Origin: an uncultured Verrucomicrobiae bacterium
GTDB lineage: Bacteria; Verrucomicrobiota; Verrucomicrobiia; Chthoniobacterales; UBA10450
Direction of reading: 5' to 3'
Length of the DNA: 64,000 nt
NCBI GenBank assembly: GCA_963834385.1
Contig: CAWIBO010000001.1
Span: 32,001-96,000, forward strand
A program made the position numbers and the translations under genes. This document shows positions 1-10,644 of the stretch, piece by piece. A model generated the notes under the pieces. It saw only the letters and a program-made list of their open reading frames with translations, was not told where the DNA came from and did no database searches. Positions within the stretch are counted from its first letter, which is position 1. Every line of letters begins with the position of its first letter.

Positions 1-448
1 CATCTGGGTTTTGCAGGAGGAAAAACTTTATCTCCTGACCGGGGTCAACGCGGCCTTCCTGCGCGGACGGTTTCCCGTGCTGCCGTTTGCCGGCTTGATC
101 TGGATCCCGCACGAAAAAATCCGCCTCATGGGCGTGGTGCCCGACCCGCGGCTGGTCTACCAGGCCACCGACGATCTCGAGCTCTGGGTGGGCGGCCAGT
201 TTGTCGGCGGCTCCTTCCGGACGGATGCCCAGCGCGGGATTCGCCCGCGCCGGCTCCACCACGCGCAGGTGGATTATTCGGAGTATCGGGCCGGGCTCGG
301 CCTGACCTACGCGCCGCGCGAGACCGTGTCGGTCACGCTCGGGGGCGGGTGTGCCATCCAGCGCTCCTTCGATTTCGAGCGCGCCGGGAAACATTATTCC
401 ACCGAGCCCGCGCCTTACCTGCGGGTCGAGGTCAAGGCGCAGTTCTAG
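1..448 (+). CDS. Outer-membrane beta-barrel protein (DUF6268-like), 5' partial
   Basis: Frame open from the window edge; amphipathic strands and terminal Phe (…VEVKAQF); clearly paralogous to 3714-4700 (GGSFRTD/GGTFRVD, DYSEYRAG/DYTEIRTG, RSFDFER/RSFDFHR, APY). Confidence 0.7.
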   Translation, partial: IWVLQEEKLYLLTGVNAAFLRGRFPVLPFAGLIWIPHEKIRLMGVVPDPRLVYQATDDLELWVGGQFVGGSFRTDAQRGIRPRRLHHAQVDYSEYRAGLGLTYAPRETVSVTLGGGCAIQRSFDFERAGKHYSTEPAPYLRVEVKAQF

Positions 449-464
449 GCGCCGGGCCCGCGCG

Positions 465-1653
465 CTACTGTTCGATCCGTTTCAGGAGGAAAGCGGCCCC
501 GACGAAGGTGACGACCGCGCCCAGGAAAAGCACAATCAGGTCAACGGTCACATACGAAATGTCAGCCCGGTAAAGGTTGGCCAGCCGGAAAGCGCGGCAG
601 AAATGGGTCAGCGGAAAGAGCTCGGCGACGTATTGGATGAACCGGGGCAGCTGCTCCAGCGGAGCAAAAGCCCCGGAAAGAACAAACACCGGAAGGAGAA
701 AGAAAACCGAGAACTGGATCGCCTGGGTCTGCGTGCGTGAGAAGGCGGAAATGAGCAGGCCGAGGCCAAGGGAACAAAGCAGGAAAAGCAGGCAGAGCAG
801 CGCCAGCACGCCGCGCTGGTGAAACTCCACCCCGAAATGCCAGCCGGTCAGGACGAAAATAATGATGATCAGGATGATCGAGATGCCGAGGTAGGGCAGG
901 ATTTTTCCGATCACGATCTCGCCCCGTCGCAGGGAGGTGACCATGAGCTGGTAAAGCGTGCCGGACTCGCGCTCGCGCGCGATTGTGCAGGCCATCAGGG
1001 TCACGGTAAGAAGCTGCAGGATCAACCCGATCACCCCCGGGGTGACGTAGTTGATGAACCGCATCTCGGGGTTGTAGAGCACGGTGCGTTCGACCGGCCA
1101 TTGTTCCATGAGCGAGACAAAACCTTTGCGCACTTCCACCGGGAGTTTTTTACCCAGCTCGATGACCTCTTCCGGCAGGGCGTCGATCACATAGGTCTGC
1201 TCGCCTTTTTGGAAATCGCCCAGCGTTTCCTGAATGCTGCCCTCGAGCTGCAGGGCGGTGTTTGTGTCGGCCCCATCCAGGTACATCTGCAGCGCCATCG
1301 GCTCGCCTTCCGCCAGCGCCTGGCTCCAGCCCGTGGGGATGACCAGCGCGGCCTGCACGTCGTTGCCCAGGAGGTCGGTCGGGTCCCCCTGCCGGGGCGC
1401 CCGTTTTTCCCAGCGAAAGGTTTCATCCTGCAAAACCAGCTCAACAAAGCGCTGGGTCCGCTCGTTCTCATCCTGGTTGATCAGCAGCGCCGGCACGTTC
1501 TTCAGTTTCCCGACCTCAAAGGCATGCCCGAAAACCAGGGTGAAAATGGGCGGCAAAATCAGGATGACGGCGAGCACCCGCGGATCCCGCCAGATGTGGA
1601 GGAACTCCTTGTAGGCAACGCTGCCAATGGCCTCAAAGGATCGAGAGCTTCAT
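465..1653 (-). CDS. ABC-2 type exporter permease; apparent +1 frameshift just after the start
   Basis: AYKEFLHIWRDPR N-terminus, IARERESGT motif, LSGAFAP..LP and FPLTHF. ATG at 1653 overlaps the ATPase stop (ATGA) but is one base out of frame with the body. Confidence 0.85.
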
Positions 1654-2600
1654 GATTCGATTGGTTTCAGGACCGCGCGGTAGCCCTGCGAATAGGCCGT
1701 GAAGACGTCTTCCATGTCCGGTTCCACCCAGCGATGCCCTGTCCAGCGAAACTCAGGGAACGGCCATTCCTTCTCCCAGCCCGCCACCAGTTTCTCCGGC
1801 TCGGCGGAATAAATGCGCAGGCTGCCGCTGCGGAGGGAAACTCCCAACACGCCCGGCTCTTCCCGCAGCCGCACCAGCGCCGCCATGAGCGCGTCCACGT
1901 CGATCTCCAAAATGCGCGCGGCGAAACTTTGTTCCAGACTGCGCGGCGATGATTTCACCAGGAGCCGGCCCCGGTCGACGAAGCCCACCTCGGTGCAGCG
2001 CTCCGCTTCATCCATGTAATGGGTGGTGACGAAGATCGTCATCCCGTCGTGGCTCAGGTCGTAGAGCAGGTCCCACATCTGCTGGCGATGCACCGGGTCA
2101 AGGCCGGAGGTCGGTTCATCCAGGAAAAGCAGCGGCGGATTGTGCACCAGCGCGCAGGCCAGGGCCAGGAGCTGCCGCATCCCGCCGGAAAGGCTTCCCG
2201 CGGGCTCGTCATGCTTGGCTTCCAGATCAGTCAGGCGCAGCAACCGCTTCGTCCGGGCCTGCAACTCGGCGTGCGGCACCCGGCAGGCGCCGCCAAAGAA
2301 CCGGATGTTCTCCTCCACCGTCAGGTCGGGATAAAGGCTGAACCGTTGCGCGACGTAGCCGAACTTCGTCCGCACCGTCTGGCGCTGCCGCCAGACATCG
2401 GCGCCCGCAATGGTTGCCTGCCCTCCAGTCGGTCGCGTCAGGCCGCAGAGCATGCGCATGGTGGTGGTTTTGCCGGCGCCGTTCGCCCCCAAAAAACCGA
2501 AGATCGCCCCCGCCGCGATCTCCATGGTCAGGCCCTCGACCGCGCGGGTGCGACCGTAGGTTTTGCTGAGATTATCGAGTTTGATGACGGGACTGGACAT
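1650..2600 (-). CDS. ABC transporter ATP-binding protein
   Basis: Walker A GANGAGKTT, LSGGM signature, LLFLDEPT, TTH switch. Confidence 0.95.
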   Translation of the reverse strand: MSSPVIKLDNLSKTYGRTRAVEGLTMEIAAGAIFGFLGANGAGKTTTMRMLCGLTRPTGGQATIAGADVWRQRQTVRTKFGYVAQRFSLYPDLTVEENIRFFGGACRVPHAELQARTKRLLRLTDLEAKHDEPAGSLSGGMRQLLALACALVHNPPLLFLDEPTSGLDPVHRQQMWDLLYDLSHDGMTIFVTTHYMDEAERCTEVGFVDRGRLLVKSSPRSLEQSFAARILEIDVDALMAALVRLREEPGVLGVSLRSGSLRIYSAEPEKLVAGWEKEWPFPEFRWTGHRWVEPDMEDVFTAYSQGYRAVLKPIES

Positions 2601-2677
2601 GGCGGCGGACAAGTTGTGCCCGCTCTGCGGCAGGTTTGCAACGGCCCCAGTATCAGAATAGAAGTGGTTTCCTCAAA

Positions 2678-3700
2678 ATGAAAACGCGCGGACATCATCG
2701 ACTCATCCTGGCCCTGGGGCTGGCCCTTCTCCTGACCCAGCCGGGTGCGGCCCAGGCCGACGCCCTCTCCGAGCTCGCAGGGTTTTCCGTTTTCAGCTCG
2801 GTCGACCTGAACCAGCTCGCCGCCGGGCAGGTGAAAAGCGAGCGGGGCCCGAAGATGGCCAGCCAGCGCTACCTCTCGGTCCAGACCGTTTACGTGGTCC
2901 CGCGGCCGCCGGCCCGTGAGGTCGAGTTGCTCGGGCAATGGTCGCCCACCCGGCATCCCGAGCTGAAGGTTTATCTGCACCAGGATTTGCCCGCGAGTCC
3001 CGGCGCCGAAAATTTCGCGAAGATTCGCGCGCTGCCCGACATCGGTCCGGTCCGCGCCCTGATGTCGAACAGCCAGCGTGCCTCCGATGCCATCCAGCTC
3101 AGCCAGGCGGAAATGCAAAAGCTCCGGGCGATTTCCGCGGGCGGCCCGGCGGCGCTGACCGGCTTCTGGATTGAAACGCTGGCCGCGCGCTCAAAGGCCT
3201 ACACTAATGGCGGCTCTGCCGCGCAGCCGCCCTACGAAGCCGGCGGGCAGACGATCAAGCCGGCCCAGGAACTCAACGGGTTGCTGCAATCCCAGGACCG
3301 GGTGCGCGCCCAGTTTTCCGGCCTGCTTTCCGGCACCGGCATTGGCCGCGGGGGCGGCGGGATGCGCCCACGCCACTATTGGGAACTGCTGAGCGTGGAG
3401 GACGCCGGCGTGCTCACCCTCGGCGCCGGTTACCAGCGGGCCGGGAGCAACGGCTCCTACCAGCGCGCCGACACTCTTTACTACGCCAGCGGCGGTTACT
3501 ACGTCACCCTGACCCTCTGGCACCTCTGGCCGGTAAACATCGGCGGAAAGGCCTCGACGCTGGTCTGGCGAGGCGATATGGTCTCGTCCGCATCGCTGGC
3601 CGGTCTCCGGGGAATTGAACGTCTCGGCTCCGAATCAGCCATGAAAAAGAATATCACCCGCTCGATCGACCTGTATCGGCGGGACACCGCCAACCGCTAA
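2678..3700 (+). CDS. Secreted protein of unknown function
   Basis: Signal peptide MKTRGHHRLILALGLALLLTQPGAAQA, about 340 aa, coding-like composition; directly upstream of the barrel gene. Confidence 0.7.
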   Translation: MKTRGHHRLILALGLALLLTQPGAAQADALSELAGFSVFSSVDLNQLAAGQVKSERGPKMASQRYLSVQTVYVVPRPPAREVELLGQWSPTRHPELKVYLHQDLPASPGAENFAKIRALPDIGPVRALMSNSQRASDAIQLSQAEMQKLRAISAGGPAALTGFWIETLAARSKAYTNGGSAAQPPYEAGGQTIKPAQELNGLLQSQDRVRAQFSGLLSGTGIGRGGGGMRPRHYWELLSVEDAGVLTLGAGYQRAGSNGSYQRADTLYYASGGYYVTLTLWHLWPVNIGGKASTLVWRGDMVSSASLAGLRGIERLGSESAMKKNITRSIDLYRRDTANR

Positions 3701-3713
3701 GCCTTTTCCCTTT

Positions 3714-4700
3714 ATGATGAAACGAACTGTTTGCCTCACTGGCGCCTTTCTCGCCCTGACCTTTGCCGCGCCTACATTGCCGGCGGGCACCTACACCACC
3801 TCCGACCCGATCGATAACGGCGCCGTCATCGAGGAAGAGGAGGATTACGGCATTCTCGAGTTTGATGCCGAGGCGGCCTACATCGGCGAATCTGATTTCG
3901 AGCGCGGCTTCAAGGAAGTCGATGACACCGACGAGTTTCATCACCTCCTGCGCGCGGTCTGGACGCCGTTGACCCCGATCGGCCTGCTTCGTCTCGGGTT
4001 CGAATGGGAAGGTTTCCATTTCGGCGACGATCTCTATCCGCTGCGCACCCGGGCCCCCATCATTGAGGGCGTCGTGGGGGGCAGGGGCATCGATCTTCTG
4101 CCGGACGACCTGAACGCGGTCAGCATGATCGTGGGCCTCGACACAAAATATTCCGACTCCCTGCTTTTCCGGCTCCAGGCGCAGCCGGGGTTCTACGGGA
4201 CCGACGACCTTGACGGCCACACCTTCAACGTGCCCTTCATCCTGGGCGGCTCCTACATCTACAACCCGAACCTGCAGTTCACCCTCGGGGTCAGCGTCGA
4301 TTTCAATCGCCGTTTCCCCGTTTTCCCGGGGTTCGGCGTCCGCTGGCGTCTTTCCTCGCAATGGGTCCTCAACGCCGTCATGCCCGATCCGCGACTCGAG
4401 TTCGAGATGACGCGGAACATGAAGCTCTACGCCGGGGCCTCCCTCAAGGGTGGCACCTTCCGGGTGGACCAGAATTTCGGGGCCCGCCGCTTCAATAACA
4501 ATTACAACAGCGCCGTCCTGGATTACACCGAGATCCGCACCGGTGGCGGCCTCGAATGGCAGGTCACCCCGTGGTTCAGCGTCAACGCCGAGGGCGGCAT
4601 CGTCCCCCATCGCTCGTTCGATTTCCATCGCATCGATGCGAAATACGACAGCGAGGGGATCGCTCCCTACGGAGCCCTCGCGCTCCGCGCCGCGTTCTAA
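3714..4700 (+). CDS. Outer-membrane beta-barrel protein (DUF6268-like)
   Basis: Signal peptide, amphipathic strands, C-terminal …ALRAAF. Confidence 0.75.
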   Translation: MMKRTVCLTGAFLALTFAAPTLPAGTYTTSDPIDNGAVIEEEEDYGILEFDAEAAYIGESDFERGFKEVDDTDEFHHLLRAVWTPLTPIGLLRLGFEWEGFHFGDDLYPLRTRAPIIEGVVGGRGIDLLPDDLNAVSMIVGLDTKYSDSLLFRLQAQPGFYGTDDLDGHTFNVPFILGGSYIYNPNLQFTLGVSVDFNRRFPVFPGFGVRWRLSSQWVLNAVMPDPRLEFEMTRNMKLYAGASLKGGTFRVDQNFGARRFNNNYNSAVLDYTEIRTGGGLEWQVTPWFSVNAEGGIVPHRSFDFHRIDAKYDSEGIAPYGALALRAAF

Positions 4701-4765
4701 GGGCACGGCTCGCGGACAACGCAGCGCCGGCGAAGTCATCGCGGCGCGTGCCGATGGGGCGTGAT

Positions 4766-6206
4766 CTACGGCGGAGAACTTTCGTCCGCGGCTTCGGCGC
4801 CGGCTTTGTCGAGCCGGCCGATGCGACGGATGGCCGGCCAGCGCCAGCCGACTCCGAGCACGGAGAGGATTGTGCCCACCCCTCCGCCCACCACGGAAAG
4901 CACCGGACCGAAAAGGGCCGCCGTCACACCCGATTCAAAGGCCCCGAACTCGTTTGAGGTGCCGATGAAAATGTTGTTCACCGCGGAGACCCGCCCGCGC
5001 ATTTCGTCCGGGGTCAGCAGTTGCACGAGCGTGTGCCGGATGACCACGCTGATGCTGTCGAAGGCGCCGGTGAGGAAAAGCATGGCGAGTGAGAGCCAGA
5101 AGTTGCGCGAGAGGCCAAAGACAATGGTGGCAAGGCCGAAGCCGGTCACCGCCCAGAGGAGCGAACGTCCGGCTTGTTTCATCGGCGGCAGGTAGGCAAT
5201 CACCACCGCCATGACAAAGGCGCCGATGGCGGGGGAAGCCCGGAGCCAGCCGAGGCCGATGGGCCCGCAATGCAGAATCTGGTCGGCAAAAATGGGGAGC
5301 AGGGCAATGGCGCCGCCGAGGAGAACGGCAAACAGGTCGAGCGTGAGGGTGGCCAGGACGATCTTGGTGCCGAGAACAAACCGCATCCCGGCGACCAGAC
5401 TTTTCCAGGCGCTGCCGACGACGCGCCGGCCCTGCTCCACCCGGCGGATCGGGATGACCAGCGCGAGAAAGGCAAAGGCGCAAAGGGCGTCAAGAAGATA
5501 AACGATGGGGAACCCGGCGTGCGCAATGAGGAAGCCGCCTGCGGCCGGGCCGACGACACAGCCGATCTGGAAAATGCTGCTGTTCCAGGTGACGGCGTTC
5601 GAGAATTTTTCGCGCGGCACCATCTTGGGAAAGAACGCGGCGCGGGCGGCCCATCCGAAGGTCCGGGCGGAGGCGGAGACAAAGACGAGCAGATAGATGA
5701 GCGGGAGGGAGAGATCGGTGAACTGGTAGGTGGCATGCCTTTCAAAGACACCGGCGACCGCGGCCAGCCAGCGGTTGCCCTCGACCAGCCAGCCATAGGA
5801 AGGAAGCGCGAGGTGTTGCCAGGATACGAAAGCCAGGGCGAGCGAACAGATCGCGCTCAGGGCCTGGGTCAGGATGATGATCTTCTTCCGGCTGAAACGA
5901 TCAGCGAAATCGCCGGCCGGGGAGCGACAGGAGGACCAGCGGCAGGGCAATGGCGAGGCCGACCAAACCGAGGGCGGTGGCCGAATTGGTGCGCGCATAG
6001 ACTTCCCATTCCACGGCGATGGTGAGCATCTGGCGACCGACGATCGAGATGAAGTTGCCCGATTCGTAGAAACGGAAATTGACGGAACGGAAGGCGCCGT
6101 AGGGATCGTGTTTCGGCGCCAGTTGGTCGACCGTGCCCTCCGCGCTGGCCGGGCGTCTTTCCCGCGGCAGTTCATAGGCGGGTTTTTGATCGTCGGGCTC
6201 GGGCAT
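4766..6206 (-). CDS. MFS transporter (MFS_3/EntS-like), frameshift at ~5920
   Basis: N-terminus in ORF 5901-6206 (…LVLLSLP) joins AGDFADRFSRKK (MFS motif A) after removing one base at 5919-5922; PDEMRGRV motif. Confidence 0.88.
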
Positions 6207-6265
6207 CTCGGCGCGCGAGGCGCACGGGATTCTAGAAGCGGAACCCTGCTCCGCAACCGCCCGGC

Positions 6266-8538
6266 TTAGCGGAGCTGAAAGAGCTCCACCAGGCCGAGCC
6301 CGGTGCCGCCGCCGGCCCCGCGCACCAGGGCGGTGTATCCGCCCGGGGCCAGCCAGGTGATCAGCGCCGCTTCTTCGTCGCCGGGTGGGTTGATGGCCGC
6401 CGCCAGGAGTTCGGTTTCCTGCGCATCACGCCAGTTATCATTCGCCGCCAGGAGGGCGCCCTGGGCGTTTCGAACTTCGAGCTGCGGATCGGCCAGAACA
6501 CCGGCGAGCCCGCTCTGCGCCAGCGAAGGTCCGCGGGCGCGCACGGCCACCTTCGTATTCACGCCCGCACCCTGCACAATCAACCCGGCGATCAGGACCT
6601 CATCCGCTGAACCAATCAGCCCGCGTGTGCTGAGGTTCGCGAGCTCGGAGCCGGCCGCACCGCCCAGATCGTAAATTTCCACCAGGCCCAGGCCAGACCC
6701 ATTCCCGGCGCCGGTCATCAAGACCGTGTAGGCGCCGGGCAAAAGTTCCGCCTCGATCAGGCATTCCTCGGGATGCGCCGGCGGCAAAGTGGCCCCGCCG
6801 GAGTTCTGCCAGCTGTCGTTGCGCGCGATCAGGCCACCGCTCCCGTCGCGCAACTCAAGCACGGGATCGGCCAGGGTGCCGTGCAAACCGGCCTGCGCCA
6901 GGGACCGCCCCAGCCCCCGCACCGCCACCGTGCGCGGTCCCTCCCCCGTGACGATGAACCCGCCAATCATGAGGTTGTCGCCCGTGCCCACCATTCCGCG
7001 GGCCGAAAGATTCGCCAGCCGGCCGGTGGCCGGGGCGAGCGCCGCCTGCGTGACCGCGCCGCCCCCGGAAGATCCTCCCCCGCCATCATATTCCGGGTCG
7101 CGCGGAAACTTCGCGTAGGGCAGACGCGTCCTCTTTGAAAAAGAAACGGTCGCCCCGGATACCGGGATCAAGAAAGTCACGCAGACCGGAGGCGGCAACG
7201 AGGTCGTCCTGCTCCACGCCGTCGCCGCTCACACCCACCGCGCCGATGAGCTGGCCGTTGCGATAAAGCGGGAAGCCTCCGGGAAAAATCGTGATGCCAT
7301 TCGGGAACCGCGGGTCGGGGGGCGGGGTCGAGAAAGATTCCTGCAGTCCAAAGAACGGACCGGGTTTGCTGGCGTCGATGCCGGGCGGATAATGATTCTG
7401 CGCGAGAAAACCGACCGTCCGGGTGGAGAACGCCTGGGCGTTGTCCGAAAACCCGACGGCGGTGCGCGCCTTCTGCGCCGCGACGTCCCAGCTGAACATG
7501 GTGGCATCACCGGTGCGAAACGCGCCCAGGACGGTCGGCGGGATGAGCGGGCTGTCGGGAAAATTCACCACCACGATGTAGGCCTCCATGCGCGAGCCAA
7601 GCGGCAACCGAATCCCGGCCCGGGTCGTGCGCACGCGGTCCGCCGCGAGCTCGATGATCCCGGCGACTTCCGCCGCCGTCAGGCGAGCCTGGCCGTTGAT
7701 CGGGGACCGTAAGGGGATCGCTGATGATCGGCTGCCGCACCTGGCCGGAGACGCCGCCAAAAGTGGCCGTCGGATACGGAAACGGAGGCGGCGGCGCGAC
7801 GATCGGGAACATCGCCGCGGCGTTGCCCGTCAGCACCAGCGACCCGAGCGACGGCGTGCTGGTGTTCACGTAGGCCAGGCTGATGCCGTTGATGAAAACC
7901 TTCTCGCCAGTGATGGAACTGGACGGGGCAAATCCCTTCTGCGCCGCCAAGGCGACGTCCTCGTCCTTGTCCGACCCGGTGACAAACCCTTCCGAGCCGT
8001 CGCCGGTGACGCCGACCCCGCCGACAAGAACGCCGCCCTTGTAGAGCGGAAGACCACCCGGCGAACCGGCGAGCGAGGTGCCGGCGATGGGCGATCCGAA
8101 AGTGCCGGGCGACGAACTGGTCGGGATCAGGTCGGTCTTCTTGAACCGGTTCACATCGGAGAAAGGAAGATTGGAGAAACCGACGCCCACGAGCGGGCCG
8201 GGCGGCGTGTTGCGGACGCCGGGTGGAAAGTGGTCCTGGATGATGAAACCGGCGGTGCGCGAGGAAAAAGCGTGCTGGTTACTGCTCAGGAACGCGGCCG
8301 TGCCCGCCTTGGAAACGGCGGCGGCGATCTCAGCCGGGGTGGGTTCGCCGCCGCGCCGATTCCAGACCACCAGGACGTAGCCTTCCCGGTCGGTCACAGC
8401 GATCACGGCATTCGGCGAAATCTTGTTCGCCCGCGTGGTCGCCTGGGTGACGACGCGGGTCACGTCGGCCACCGTGAGCTGGGCGCGCGCGGTCGCGGCG
8501 AACAAAAGGCTCGCCAGCAAAAGGGGGAAGAGCCGCAT
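6266..8538 (-). CDS. Secreted tandem GlcG/HbpS-like heme-binding protein with C-terminal duplicated ANISTR-type domain; frameshifts at ~7703 and ~7130
   Basis: Signal peptide MRLFPLLLASLLFAATARA; two domains with SKAGTA/QKARTA and PGGLPLYKGGVLVGGVGVTGDG / PGGFPLYRNGQLIGAVGVSGDG; Gly-Ser linker; then LANLSARG… and LANLSTRG… repeats. Stitched from three ORFs, each offset by one base. Confidence 0.8.
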
Positions 8539-8643
8539 GAACCTCCAGCCTAGGGAATGGCCACGCTGCCGCCAAGCCAAAGCGCCGGCCGTCCGCCGCG
8601 CAGGATTGCCTCGCTCCAGCCAATCCGGCATCCTCGAAATTGA

Positions 8644-10644
8644 ATGCCCGTCTTCTCCCGAGCGTCGATCATTGCCTGCGCGCTCCTTCTTTCCGGAGGG
8701 GGCGTTCTGCCGGCGCTGTTCGCGCTGGAGGAAAACGACCGTTACCGGCCGGACGTGGCGGCGCCCCCGGCTCCGCCCACCCAGTTCAATCCCGACCCGG
8801 GTGGTGGCAAGGAAGCCGAGCCCGAGCTGCCGCCGGAGCTTTTCCCGCCGATTCTCATGGAGGAAACCGACTACGGCGAAGAGCCGCTGCCGCGCTCGCT
8901 GGAGCTCCCGCGGCGCGGCGTGCGCGAAGTCTCGCCCCGGCGTGAAACGCTCGAGCAACCGGAGTACCCGGAAGAGGCGCGCGACCTGCCGGACCGGGCC
9001 CGGGCGGTGCCAAACCGCTGGTTCATCGGCTTCGGCCGCTGGCAGCGTTACGCCGATCCCTCGCACGAAACCCCCTACCAGACGGAAGGGCTCCGGCTCT
9101 GGCATCCCTATCTGCAAAGCACCCTAAAAGGCGACGCCCCGATTATCGGCCAGGACATTTTCATGAACCTGACCGTGGCCGACTTCGCCCAGTTCGAGAC
9201 CCGGCGACTGCCCGTCCCGAGCGGGGTCTCGACCAATCTGCCGAACAGCTCCGAGTTTTTCGGGCGCGGCGAGCAGCTCTTTGTCTCGAACGACGTCCAG
9301 CTCGGGCTCGATCTTTTCCGCGGAGAGACCGCCTTCAAACCGGTGGAATGGGCCGTGCGCCTGCTCGGGGTCTACAACAGCAACATCATCGACGTGAACG
9401 AGGCCAACCTGGTCGATCCCGATCCGCGCGGGTCGGAGGGCAACAGGACCTACCGGGCCAAGGACTTCTTTTCCCTGCAGGAGGCGTTCTTCGAATGGCA
9501 CCTTCGCGATCTTTCCCACACCTACGACTTCATCTCGTCGCGCTTTGGCATTCAGCCGTTCGTGAGTGATTTCCGCGGCTTCATTTTCAATGATTCCAAC
9601 CTGGGCGCGCGGTTCTTCGGGAACTACGACAACAACCACTGGCAGTGGAACCTCGCCTTTTTCGACATGCGCGAAAAGGACACTTACTCCGACCTCAACA
9701 TTCTCTGGGAAGCGCGCGACCAGCAGATCATCATCGCGAACGTCTACCGCCAGGATTTCCTGGTGAAAGGCTACACCGCCCAGCTCAGCCTCCACGCCAA
9801 TTTCGACAACGCCAGCCGGCATTACGACAAGAACGATTTCCTGGTCCGGCCGGCCCTGATCGGCGACGTGCGCGACCATTACGTCCAGGCCTACTACCTT
9901 GGCTGGGCGGGTGACGGTCACATCGGCCGGCTCAACATCTCCCACGCCTTTTACCAGGCGCTCGGTGAGGACAGCCATAACGGCATTGCCGGACGCCGGG
10001 TCGAGATCAATGCCCAGATGGCCGCGCTCGAACTCTCGATCGACAAGGACTGGCTGCGGCACAAGGTCTCGGTCTTTTACGCCAGCGGCGACAGCGATCC
10101 GCTCGACGGCGAGGGGACGGGCTTCGACACCATCCTCGACCGCCCGTTCTTTATTGGAGGGCCGTTCAGCTTCTACGCGCACCAGGGCTTCAATCTCGCC
10201 GGCACGGCGGTGAACTTTAAGCAGCGCGACAGCCTGGTGCCGAACTTCCGCAGCAGCAAAACGGAAGGCCAGGCCAACTTCGTCAACCCCGGCGTCCTCA
10301 TCGCCGGCTACGGGGCCGACGCCGAGATCACCCCGAAACTGCGCGCGTTCCTCAACGTGAACTACGTCTGGACCGCCACGACCGAGCCGACCAAACGCGT
10401 CCTTTTCACCGATCGCGCCAGCAATGACCTCGGGCTCGATTGCAGCCTCGGGTTCCAGTTTCGCCCGCTCTTGACGGATAACATCATCGTCAGCGCCGGC
10501 GCCGGCTTCTTCGTCCCGGGCGATGGGTATCGCGATATCTACCGCGCGAACACCCGCCCGGTGCCCGGTTTTCCCGGGCCGCCCGCGGGCGAGGTGGACG
10601 ATTTCCTCTACAGCGGTCTCCTGACCATCACGCTGACCTACTGA
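8644..10644 (+). CDS. Putative outer-membrane beta-barrel (porin-like) protein of the multiheme cluster
   Basis: Signal peptide, Pro/Glu-rich N-terminal segment, aromatic-rich amphipathic strands, C-terminal LLTITLTY; stop overlaps the cytochrome start (TGATG). Confidence 0.7.
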   Translation: MPVFSRASIIACALLLSGGGVLPALFALEENDRYRPDVAAPPAPPTQFNPDPGGGKEAEPELPPELFPPILMEETDYGEEPLPRSLELPRRGVREVSPRRETLEQPEYPEEARDLPDRARAVPNRWFIGFGRWQRYADPSHETPYQTEGLRLWHPYLQSTLKGDAPIIGQDIFMNLTVADFAQFETRRLPVPSGVSTNLPNSSEFFGRGEQLFVSNDVQLGLDLFRGETAFKPVEWAVRLLGVYNSNIIDVNEANLVDPDPRGSEGNRTYRAKDFFSLQEAFFEWHLRDLSHTYDFISSRFGIQPFVSDFRGFIFNDSNLGARFFGNYDNNHWQWNLAFFDMREKDTYSDLNILWEARDQQIIIANVYRQDFLVKGYTAQLSLHANFDNASRHYDKNDFLVRPALIGDVRDHYVQAYYLGWAGDGHIGRLNISHAFYQALGEDSHNGIAGRRVEINAQMAALELSIDKDWLRHKVSVFYASGDSDPLDGEGTGFDTILDRPFFIGGPFSFYAHQGFNLAGTAVNFKQRDSLVPNFRSSKTEGQANFVNPGVLIAGYGADAEITPKLRAFLNVNYVWTATTEPTKRVLFTDRASNDLGLDCSLGFQFRPLLTDNIIVSAGAGFFVPGDGYRDIYRANTRPVPGFPGPPAGEVDDFLYSGLLTITLTY

